A DNA stretch of 60,060 bases. Source: Candidatus Omnitrophota bacterium. GTDB lineage: Bacteria; Omnitrophota; Gorgyraeia; Tantalellales; Tantalellaceae. Numbering within the stretch: position 1 is the first letter of the stretch; each line of letters starts with the position of its first letter. This document shows, piece after piece, positions 45,401-57,400 of this stretch. The stretch is taken from assembly GCA_014728075.1 (NCBI GenBank), contig WJMG01000019.1, positions 1 to 60,060 on the forward strand, given 5' to 3'. A program made the translations under genes and the position numbers. Below the pieces are notes generated by a model. That model was not told the DNA's origin. It searched no databases and saw only the letters and a program-made list of their open reading frames with translations.

Positions 45401-48400
45401 TTTTCTGGCTCTTTTTCCTCCTCAAGAGACTCTTTCTGCTGTTCCTCCTCTTCCTGTTTCTTCTGCCCCGCGTCGATCTCCTCTCCCAGCTCTATCGACT
45501 CCCGGGAAGGCGTCCTCACCTTTACGAGCGCGCCGGCGGCCTCGGAGAACTTCTCCTCATCGGCGAGTATGCCGGCTTTCCTGAGATAAAGGGAATCTTT
45601 CACCGGACGCCCCGCGCCCTTTACTTTCAGGCCTTTTTCAATGTATTCCAGGGCCATGCCGTGTTCTCCCAGCGAACGCAGGATATCGGTATATGTATCG
45701 TAAATAGAAGCGTCATCGTCGTTGAAATAAAGTGCCACGAAAGCGGCTCCCGCGGCCGCCCTGTTGGCCGAAGCGGCTTTTTCTCTCTCCCCGGATTCCC
45801 CGTACTCCTTGCCCCGCTCTCTCAACGCCCGGGCAAGAGCCGCGTAAGCCTGAGAGCTTTCGGGCCGGCGCGCGGCGTCCATCATCAACTCGATGATCCG
45901 TTCGTCTTCTTCCTCCGGCTCGGCCTTGCCCAGCCATTCGGCGCAAAGCGCCCGTATTTCCGCTTCGTCAGGTTCTCCGCCGGCTCCCGCCGGAAGCGCG
46001 TAGTCCTCCAGGACCCTTTCTTTCTCGGGTTTTTCCTCGCCCCTGAACCGGTCCATCAAAGCGGTGGCTTTCGTGTCTATCCACTTCACGGCGTTAACGC
46101 TTACGGCCCGGGGCATACCCACGAATACGGCGTTGACCACCACCGCGACAAAAGCTCCGCTAAAGAGGTAGGAAACGCCCGTAAGCAGCCCTTCTGTTAT
46201 TTTACGGGCCAGAGCGTGGCCGTTAAGTTTTTTATTCGCCCACCTCATAAGGCGTGTCGTCTTAAGGTAATATTTCCTGTAGTCGGCGCGGGACCTTGCC
46301 CTTTCCATCGACAGGATGTCGGTCAATATATCAAAACTCGTTATTTTGGCCAGCAGCCGCCCGGCCCTGCCCATTTTACGGTATTTAAAGGCCATCTCCT
46401 TGTACGCGGCCGATGTTTTCCTCTCAAGCCACGCCAATAAACGCGCCGCGTAACCCGGAAGCGGGAGAACCGCCGCTTCAAACGCGGCCTCGCTTCGCGC
46501 CCCTCCGGCGATCTCGGCTCTTCCTCCGGAGAAAGATACAAGTTCCCTTGCCCCGGCCGTACCTTTTCCGGGAGGAACGAAAAATATGCCTTCGGGGGTT
46601 ATCTGTATATCCCCTTCCCCGGCCCCCGTGTTCTCAAGGATATCCCGCAGGACCGGGTCGCTCAAAGCCAGCTCTATATCGCTGTCTCCCAGTGAATCCG
46701 CCATTAAACCCGCCATCTCTCCGTACTTTTCCTCCAGCTCCTTCCTCTTTTTCTCGATCTCCTCGGGGTCGTAGCCTTTAAGTTCTCCTCTTCCTTTCGA
46801 CTTAAGCTGGGAAAGCGCGAGCACCGCCCTGAGGGCGTCCTTGTCTTCGGAAGAAAGGTTCCTTCCCAGGTCCCGCGCTATGACCTCTCCCCCCTCACAT
46901 CTGACGAGCAGCATGACCCTGCCGTCGTAGACTCGCACATCAGCCCTTTCATCGGGAGCAAGAGCAAGATTCGCAGGCCTTCCCGTCCTTTCAAAGGACC
47001 CGGCCAGAAGCTGTGCCTGGTCCTGTCCGATAATCACCGGGTCAGCGGCGGGGTAGCCCTCTTCTCCTTCCGCCGGCGCCGCAGGCCCTTCGGTATAGAA
47101 AACCAGCTTCTGTCCCGGCGTGGCTCTTTCCCTGTCCCCTTTTGAGACCATATCCCCGAGCACCTTCTTCTCTATCGCTTCCGCCGGCGCGGAGCCGTCC
47201 TGATCTTCTTCGGAAGGCAACATAAAAGCTCCGGCGGGTACTATGACGAGATCCTTCGGCGGCAGAGGCTCTCCTCCTCCGGCGGGTCCGTATCCGGACC
47301 TCAGGTGGTCGGTATACGCCTTGTAGGCCGCCTGTTTTTCCGCGGCGTTCAGTTTGCCGGCGTCCCTGGCTTTACCGTCCGTTCCCTGGCGGGGGTTAAC
47401 CTCTATAACAACCACTTCACGCCCGTCCTCGAGGACCACCACCCTCGGCTCTTCTATCCTTTCGTCAAGTTCCTCCCGGGTTTCCTTTTCGGCTTCCGGC
47501 TGTTTTTCGCCCGCGAGTATCCTGCGTATATTGGAAGATGGCATATCGTCCCGGCCCCTGCCGAACATCCGGTTGAGAAGCTGACCCTTCTCGTCGTTGA
47601 CGACCTCCCGTACATGCTGGCCCTTTCTCGCCAGGGGAGCCTCGAAAACCTCGGCTGTCTCCTCCCTGAGAACTCTGCCCCTGACCTCTTCCAGGTCCTT
47701 TTCGGCGGCAACCTGGCGGGCGTAAGGAAGGTCTACTCGCCGCCGGGCCATCAAGGCTTTTATCAGTCCCCCCGCGGCGGCTCCTGCCGCGGGCCCGTAG
47801 ACCGCGCCTGCCTTAGCCCCGGCCAGGGCCATCGGCCACGCTCCCACTCCCCCCAGAAAAAGGCCCGCCGTGAAACCGGCGATGCCGCCAAGGATACTTC
47901 CGGCGGCAAGGCCCACAAAAGCCCCTTCGGTAGCGCCTTCTATCCCTTCTTTGGCCACGGTCTGCCTTCTGACGGAGGAAGCCCTTCTTTCCGCGACCTC
48001 CTCTTCTTCGGAAGTGAGCTCCCGCCCCAGCTCTTCCCTGAGTTGTTCTTTTTCCCGTTTTACCATCCTCCGCCAGTGATATCTGCGGGCAAGCCCACCG
48101 TGGAGCCATCCGCCCAACGCGCCTATAGCGGCACCCGCCGCGGCGCCGAGAGGCCCAAGCACCATTCCTGCCGCGGCGCCCGCCGCGGCGCCCGATATTG
48201 CCCTGCCCGCACGGGTCTTACGCGCGCCATCCGCCTTACGAAGGGCCGACTTTACCGATCCGGCAATGGACTTCTCGGACTTTTCCTCCTGCTTCTCAAT
48301 TTCCGCTTTCGGCCTGGCCTCCTGGAACTCCCCGTCAATGGCTTTCGAAAGGAAATCTGCCATCTTTACGGGCATTAGCTCTCCCATCTGGTCTATCCTG

Positions 48401-51400
48401 GTACTGCACCATCTCTCTACCTGTTTGACGAACTGCGCGGGCCTGAGGTGCCTCATGTTGCCCACGGCCTCGAAATACTCGTACTGCAGGAGTTCCGTGG
48501 CCGCCTGGCGGAAGGCACCCGTGAACCTTTCACCCAACAGTCTGCCCCCGAAACTGCTTTTCACGGACGCGTATTCTCCGGCGCTTACCCTGTCCCTTAC
48601 ACCCTCGAGGTCCTCGTGTCCGTATTCCCTGCCCTGTATAACGGCTTTCAGTACCGCCATAAAAAGAGGCGCGTTCTCTTTGTTCAGGTTTTCGGCGGTT
48701 ACGACCTCTCCTTCTTTTGTCCTGACGGCCAGTTCCGAGACCATCATCTCCTCGTTCTCTCCCAGAGTCATCACCATCATGGCCCTCAGTTTCTTCAACT
48801 CTTTCTCGTCGGCTTCGGAGAACCTTTTTTCCATTTCGTCCAGCCAGGAAAGCGCCGCGTCCCGATAAGTCAGGCCTTCGATATTCTGGTTCATCAGGTC
48901 CGTCCTGTACGGAGCTATCACATCGGCGAAGTTATCGTGTACGGCAAGATCACGCATGTGATTCTCTATCCTGTGCTGCTGGCCTCTTTTGTCCAGCTCC
49001 CAGAGGGCGTCAAAATACTGTTCGTACAGCGCCCGCGCGAGCTCGTCCCTCCTGGCCCGCTCCGCGGGCGAAAGCTCTTTGCCGCTTCTCATCTTTTCGT
49101 TAAGCTCCCTGTACTCCTCGGTGTCCAGCATGAGCCTGCTCATCTTCGCCTGGTTGTTCTCGAACCCCTTGCTCGCGATCCTGGTAAAATCATCACCGTC
49201 CTCGTCTATGTCCAGGAAAAGCGTTATTTCCGCCGGGTCAGACTGCCTGGCGACACGGCCGAGCGCCTGAAGAAGATCGCCTATAGACTTGTCGCTCAGC
49301 TGCGCGAGAAGCCTGAACCCCGTTACATACCTCGTTTCCACCTGCGTACGGAACTCGTAGAATTTTCCAAGCCACCTTTTGTAATATTCCTGCTCTTCGG
49401 TATCTCCGCGGGAAGCGGCTTCCTCCAGTTTTTCCCTGAGGCGGGCCTCGAAACCCGCAAAAAAGGACTTAAGCCTGTACACGGAGGCCTCTCTTCCTTT
49501 CCCGAAGACCATCCACTCTATCTCCCCCCTTTCCGCGTAAAGGCCTTCGGCCGCCTCGTAAAGTTCACTTCCCTCGAGACGAGATATCCCGTCGATCCTA
49601 TTTTTAAGTTCCCTGAGATTTTCCACGGCCTCATCGTCCAGCTCCCGCCCGTTCACCTCTTTCTTCGTTAAGGCCTCGTCTATAATCCCGGAAAGCGCCG
49701 AAAGGGCCCCCCGGAGACCGGAAACCGCTTCCGCTTCCAGTGCGGCGTCCCCGTGTTCCCTGGCTTTTTTCAGCCGTGACACCGCCTCGAGCAGATCCTT
49801 GAACTCGGCGGGGTCACTCCTGTTCTCCTCGGCGTCCATGTCCAGCAGTATCTGCCTGAAAAGCGCGGATTCGTCCCTGTGAACGGAACCGTACCGCGCC
49901 ATCTCTATCGCGGAAAGCGCCTCACGCAGAGAAGATGAGGCTCGGGAAATACCCTCACGGCTTTTCTCCATGGCTTTTTCAGCTTCCCCGGCCATACCGG
50001 TTTCGGCGGCGGCATTCACTCCCCGCATCACCTCCGGAAGTTCATCCCGCAGGGCCTTTACCGCATCCAGCGCCCCCGAAAGGATCCCGGCTCCCTCTTC
50101 TGAGAGGTAAGAGGATATCCCGCTTTCGTCCGCGAGAGCTTTTTCCATCCGGGAGGAAAGCTCTGCAAGCAGGGACTGCGCTTCTTCCGCGGCCGCGAGG
50201 AAATCCCCGGAAAGCTCTCCGTCCCCTGAATATTCTGACATCCTCTCCAGAGCGTCTATAATCTCCGCCGTGAGAGAAGAGATATCGGCCATGTCCCTTC
50301 TCTCTCCTATAACATCGAGTATTTCCGTCAGGGGGCCGAACATGGAAGAGAGCTTTTTGGGATTGTCCTTGAATATGCCTATGTTCGCGAAAAACGCCTG
50401 GTAATTGGTCCCCCTGGCGCCCGCGTCGGTAAAAATGGTTATGGTGTTGTTGTCCCCGGACCTCTTCCTGGCCCTGTTCAGTTCCTCTCCTTTCAAAGCA
50501 CCGTGAAGTATCTGCACCTCGATATCGGGTATGTCAAGCCCTTCGTGCTCGCGCATACGCTCGATCTCACCGTTTATTATTTTCATCATTTCCTGCGCCT
50601 GTTCGGTGTTCCTTACATAAAGAAGACTGGGTGAAAGTATGATCTTTGTCTCGCCGCCGTATTCTTCTATCCTCATGCCGTTCCTGACCCATTCCCTTAA
50701 CATGGCCGCCCTGTCACCTTCGCCGTCGGCGATCAGTCTGTCGAAATCCCTGTAAACCCTGTCTATGTGAGTGGGTATGTCGACCACTCCCTTGTCGTTG
50801 CCGAGTATGTCCCTCAGTTCACCCGAAGAAGCCAGGGCGGTTCCGCTGGACCCCGCGAGTTTTACGAAGTACTCGGTCCTCGCCGGCCCCCCGCCTATCT
50901 CGGCAGTGCTGTAGCTGTCACCGTGCACTTTTACCCTCTCGTTGCCCCTGAACTCCCTCTGGTACATCTCGAGTATGGTATGCCTTCCGTTACTCAGCCT
51001 CCTGCTCCCCAGAAGGCCGCTGGCGTCGTAAAGCTTGATCTCGCCTCCCACGATACCGTAATCGATGTCCTGGCCGTGTGTCTCTATCATGTCCACGGAT
51101 TTCCTGATCCAGCCGAGAGCTTCGTCGAAAGTAAACCCGTGTTCTGAAGCCAGTTCCCTGGCCTTTTTGCGCATCTCCTCCTCGCCCCTTTCGGTAAAGC
51201 TCACCCTGCCCGTAGAGAGGTCCACGGTGTAGAAATATTCTTCCTCCACATCTTCCCCGGCAACCTCTTCCTCTCCTTCCTCCAGCACCCTTCTCACCCT
51301 GCGGCCCGCGACTATACCGTTGACCCATGTATCGGCAAGTTCCACCGCGCCTCTGATAAGCTTGTATTTATTAGAGTTTGGAGATATCTCCTCGGCGGGA

Positions 51401-54400
51401 AGCGCTATACGGTACTGCGTGGCGGCTTCCCTCATGGAGGCGTCGATCTCGTCCGTTATCACGAACATGAACTTCCTTCCCCTCTCGATTATCTTGGTGC
51501 CCTGTTCTTCGGGGAGCTGCGTAGCCAGTTCGAAGTTGAATCCCGGGGTATCGAAGACGACCACATCGCAACCGGTGTCGCCGTCGAAATTCTCGTCGAA
51601 GATCCTGCGCATCTCCTCTTTTCTCTTCTGGGGGTCACTTTCCATCTCCAGTTCACTTTTGGCGAAAAGCCGCGAGCGTATTCCCATGAAATCCAGCACA
51701 TCCTTTCTCTCCAGCCAGTCCTTTCTCGCCAGGTTCTCGTTGGATGTCTCGTTGAACATCTTGAAGCCGGTGACCACGGAGATAGCGGTAGCGACGAGGG
51801 TGAACTCGGTCTTACCCTCACCGGTCTTCAGGTTGACTATGAACCCGTCGGAAGTAAGCAGCCCCGCCAGGATCTGCACCTCGTAAAGACCGCCCGCGTA
51901 TCCTTTCTTTTTCATCACGGCAAAATCGGTGTAAGCCGTGGCGCAGAACTTCTCGTACATATCAAGCTCGCCGTAAATAGCCTCCATGCTTTCTTCCGTA
52001 TGATTGCCGAGTTCGTCCTTCTCCCTCATGCTCTCGGTCCGGGCAGAGAAATTATCCTTGAGCTTCGCGTATTCCTTTTCGGTTATATCCTTAAAGAAAA
52101 GGAGCCTGAGCCCCTTTCTCATACCTTCCTGCCATTCTTCGCTCTCTGTTTCCGCCTTCTGCGCCCCGCTGAGCTCTATTTGCTCTTCTCCGGCAAAGGA
52201 TATTCCTTCTGCCTTCATTTTCATCTTCACTCTTCTCACCGACTCGCCGATGCCGGCCTGTTGTTCCCTCAAAGTCTTTATCTGGTCCGTGATACGCGCG
52301 ATGGAATCGGTCAGCGAACGCTCCCTTTCCAGGAGAGTGTTCATTTTAGATGTTTCTATGGCCTTGCCGTCCTCGTACACTCCGGCCTCGATCCGGTTTT
52401 GCGTTTTTTCCAGCTCGCTCCGGAATTCCGCAAGCTTCTCTTCCTGCTCCTTTATCTGTCCGGCCACATCCGATCCCATAGCTTCAAGGTCCGCTACAAG
52501 GCTTTCCCCCTCTTTTTCGAGGTCCGCCAGAGCCCCGTCGATCCTCGCTTCCGCCATGACCTCGATCTTCCGACCCCATACGAGCGAAAGATCTTTTAAC
52601 CATCCGGCCCATTTTTTCATCGTATGCGGCTCGAAGAAATGCACATATTCGCTGCATAGGCTGTACACCTTCATCACCTCGTTGATCACTTCCTTCATTG
52701 CCGGCGAATCCAGTTCCTCCCCCTTGAGAAGTTCTCCGACGGCTTTCACTATTTCACCCATAACCTCGGACTGTATTTCCAGCATCTCCTCCCTCGCGGT
52801 CCCCTTTTCGCGGGCGGCGGCGAGTTTCCTTTCCGCCTCGTCCAGTATCTCTCCGACTTCCGCGCCGCCTCTTTCCCTCAAGAGAGCGATTACCGAATCC
52901 AGCTGCGGAGAGAGCTTCCCGCCGAGTTCTTTCATCTTCCGCTCCTGTTCCTTCGGACCGATCTCCATACCGGTACGGAGGATCTGCTCCAGCATGGCCA
53001 TCGTGCTTTCGCCCTCGGAGGGAACCTGTTCTTCGGGCGTGATCCCGTCAGCGGCGGGAGATGGCTTTTCGCCGTCTTTTTCAAGAAGGGAGGATGTCCT
53101 GTTTATCATCGACACCAGGCTCCCCTCCAGTTTGTTCTGTCCGAAAATATCCGCGGCGTCTCTCTCGAGCTCGGACCTGTTCGCCGCGAAATCGATCAGG
53201 GTCAGGGGCATATCGTCCCTCTCGAACTCCGCGCCCAGGCCGCCTTCTTCGGCGCCCAGGAGCTTTTCGGCCCTCTGCAGGTCTTCTCTTATGCCCGCTT
53301 TTTTGTCCCGAAGGAGATCTCTCACCGCCGCGGAAAGGTCTTCCCCCTGCTCTCTTGCCTCGTCGAACCTCTTTTTGACCTCCGAGAACTTCATACCGGT
53401 CGTGGCGTCCAGAAGCTCGACCAGGGCCCGCCATAGCTCAGAAAGCGCTTTTTTGTCCCCGCCTTCTGCTTTTTCCGCCAATCTTTCTATCCGGGAAAGA
53501 AGACCGTTTATCCTTGCGGCTTCCGAGGCCACGCCTTTGACTCTTCTGAGCGATTCGTTGAACCGTTCCACAGCGGAAGCCATCCATTCGCCGCTTGCCT
53601 TTGCCCGCGAAGACTCGTCCTCCATCAGCATGGACTCCATTATGGCCGATGCGATATCCTGCCGTTCCGTGTCTTTCGAATAATACGCGTCAAAGAGGGC
53701 CTTCTTCTCCTTCGCATTGAGCTCCTTCCGGTCAAGGGCGGGATCGAAACCGGCGAGGGCAAGAAGAGCCGTGCGGGCCCTTCTCCTTAGTTCGGCGTCT
53801 TCCTGCTGTGAATAATGTATGAGGATCTTTACAAGGTTTTCGCTTTCGGCAAGCTTGAGGCGGTCCATGAGGGCGGAAGCGTCTTCCGGCCTTCCCGAAA
53901 AATCGTAAAGGGCTTCCTCTACCTTGTCCTTCTCTTCTACCGGGACCCTGAAGAGCGCGGGCCTTTTCTCCCGCTTCAGCGCCCTGAGCTGTTTCTCCGT
54001 ACTCCCTGTCATCGCCTTTACAGGCGATATCCTGTTCCTGAGGGCCTCTACCCTGTCCTTAAGCCGTTCCCTTGCCTCTCCCTCTTCCATGGCGGAAAGT
54101 TTTTCCTCCATGGCGGCCAGGACCTTTTCCATCCCCCCCAGGTCGTCCCTGGCGGACTGTATCGTCCTGATTATCCGGCGCAGAAGGTCCTTCTGGAACT
54201 CTTCGGAATAAGCGGCGTACCTCTCGTCCACCAGCAGCCCCGCCAGGATCTCCATCGCCTCTTCCATATCACCAAGCGATTCTTCCAGGACGGTTGCGGC
54301 TTTTCCCGGGTCAACTTCACTCAAGTCCTGCTCATCCGCCGCCTGTCCGCTTTCATCTATGATATCCTGAGCCTCACCCGCTTCTTCGGCAGCTTCTTGC

Positions 54401-57400
54401 TGCGCGGACATTTCTTTATCTCTTGCGGCGGCAAGCGCTTCGGGCGACATTCCGTCAATATCCATGTCACCGTATTCCCGGAGGGCAGCGTCCACTTCCT
54501 CCCGCTGCTCCGTTGACAGTTTCGCCAGGTCCCGGGCGACCTCTTCAACGAGACCTTTTTCGACCCGCTTCTCAACAGCCCAGAAATCGTAGAATTCACG
54601 CCTCGCGCGCTCCATAGCGTCCCGGATATACTGTTCCGTTTTCATGAGCCTGTCGTAGGCGGACTTCAGCTTTTCGTAAGCGGACTTCAGATCCTCGTCC
54701 GTAACTCCTTCCTGCTTACTGAGAGCGGCGTACCCCTCTAAAGCTTTGCGCAGTTCATCTTTTCTCGAACGGAGGCCTCGCATTGCCTCTTCCCTGGTGA
54801 TATCAAAATGACCTTTCCAGCTCCCGGCCATCATTTTCCGGGCCTCCTCCTCTTCCATTTCCCCTGAAGGACTCTCCTCCAGAGGGGCCTTAGCGTCCTC
54901 GTCTTTCCCGTCGGACACGCGGGCGTAATCGCGGGAGAGGCCTTCGGCGACGCCGGGACCCACGGCACGGGAAGCCAGGATACCTGCCGCTACGGACCGT
55001 AACGCTTCTTCCCTGAGTTCGGCCGTTCTCCTCAAACCTTCTTTCTCAAGGATACTAAGCTGCTCTTCCCTGTTCCCGGCATCTTCAGCGATCAGGTCCT
55101 CAAGCGCTTCCCCGGACATGGAGAAAAGTTCGGCGGCCTGGAAAAGCGTGAGCCCCCTGAAAGCGGCGATGCCGAACTTCTGGGTGGTATCGGCGCTGGC
55201 GAGTATATGCGCTTCCCTCTGGCTCTTGCCTCTCTTCTTCCAGAATATCTCGCGTCCCTCGTGGTACTCCAGTTCCTCCCGCAGCTTTCTCTTTACAGCT
55301 TCACGATCGGAAAGGTCTATCTCTTCGTTGTCCACCATGACCTTTTGCGCGCCAAATTCCTCTTGCGCTCCGTCCACTCCGCTTAAAAGCTTTGCTTCGT
55401 AAACCGTATTATGTACGATGTAAAGCTTCCCGTCCTCGCCGCGGATATGGCAAGCGGCGGCCGCTTCGGCGTACCCGGGGCCCAACTGTTTCGCGAAGTC
55501 GACGCTTATCACAATGACCTCTTCGCCGTTGACAGTTTTCGTTCCTCTTTCTCCGTCGAGTGTCCCGGAGTCTATCTTCTTTTTAAGTTCGTCTTCCGCC
55601 CTTCTGGCCGCATCGGAAGTACCTCTGTACCTCCCTATAGCCTTTGCCGAGCCCCTGTCCGCCTCGATCACCGCCTCGGCCAGTTCTTCCGCTTTCAGCC
55701 TCTTCTCCGCATCGGAAAGGTCCTTCCGCATCACCAGATCGGCTATACCTTCGAGTAGATATCTCCTTCTCAGCATTTCCTCACCGATATTAATATCGCC
55801 GGCTTGCGTCCCCCTTCCGATAATAACGGCGAGGAACAGGGCCGCCGTTTCCCTGTCGGACCTTCTGGTGATGTTCTTTGAGGCGCACCATTTTTTAAAC
55901 GACCCGCTGGCCATTATCTCTCGGCCCGTACGGTCAACCTCGTACTCCCTTAACAGTTCCGCCAGGAATATATCCCTTTCCGATACCCTGCTTGCCGGAT
56001 CCAGCCTCCTGTCTATTACGGAAAGATCCGAAACGGTACCTATTTCGGTGTCGGAAATTACCGTGGGTAAAAGCTTTATCTCATACCCTCCGTCAGCGTT
56101 CCTTCTCACGGAAAGGTGCCTGCGGGAGATATTCATAGCCTCCGGGGCGATCTCGGGACTTCTTCCCATGGTAACTTCACCGTCTTTATCCAGAAAAAAG
56201 CGCTTTCTGAGGCTTCGTCCTCCGTGGCCCTTGGAAAACACGGTCACGCTGCCTTCGGGACCGAACATGAGCGTAAGGACATTATCCCCCACCTTAAACG
56301 CTATAAGCTTTCCGGCCCGCGCGGAGTAATTTGTCCCCCTGGTCATCTCCAGACCTTCGACAGCGGGAAGCGAATTAACCGCTCTTTCCCTGACGGTCCG
56401 GTTCATTCCCGTGTTGGTTATTGTCAGCGTACCGTCACCGTTCCGCACCAGGGTCAAGTGTTTTCTCGACACATTTGCTCCTCCCCAGTTCAGGTGAGCC
56501 CGGCCCTGGTCGGCCCTGCCTATGGTCCCGGACGCTCCGGGGAAGGAAAGGTCGAGAATGCCCAGAGAAACGAGCTCGCCGTCGGGGCCGCGGGTGAACG
56601 CTTCTACACTTCCGTCGGACCTGGTTATGATCTCTATAGACTCTTCCCCCACACTTATCCTTACGCGCGCGGACGGGTTCACCGTAATGGCGCCCTCCGT
56701 CCCCGCCGGGAACATTTCAGGGGTATTTATGTCCCGGATACCCGGAATTTCCCGCAACACGCCTGCCCGGGGCTCGGCCGGCTCTTCCTCCACTTCTTCC
56801 GGAGCTTCTTCCTCTTCCCTCGCTTCCAGTGCCCGGGTCTTCACCCCGAAACGCTTTCGGAGATAATCCTGTATGGCGGGGGACTTACTGAGATAATGTT
56901 CCCATGTCCTGACATAATCGGCGTGCCCTACATCCACTCCGCCGTACCGGGGATGACCGTCCGCGTCCGTATAGTTGAACCTGAATTCCTCCCGGTAATC
57001 CATTAAAGGCGTTGCGAGATCCCCGGCGTCCACCCATTCCTCTCTCAACCCGTGTCCGGTCAATCCGGAGACCTTCTCAACCCCGGCGAACCAGGCGGCC
57101 TTGACCGTGCGCCCGTTCTCGTCCTCGATGTCCATACTGCATATCATGTACCTGTATCTGCCGTCCCTTGAGGGATACACCTCCACATCTATCGTCCCGT
57201 AAAGCGAGGTGCCCATCCTGAACCTTCTGACGGGAGAGGAATAATCTGGTTCTATGCCCTCGCCTTCCTCGAAAGCGAGGCGGGAGGGATCCACCTTCCG
57301 CACCCTCCCGCTCATCCAGGAAGGATCGTGGAACCTGTCGGCCAGCGTATCCTTTTTAGTGGATACTCCTCCCTCGCCGACATCGTAAAGCAGCGATACT

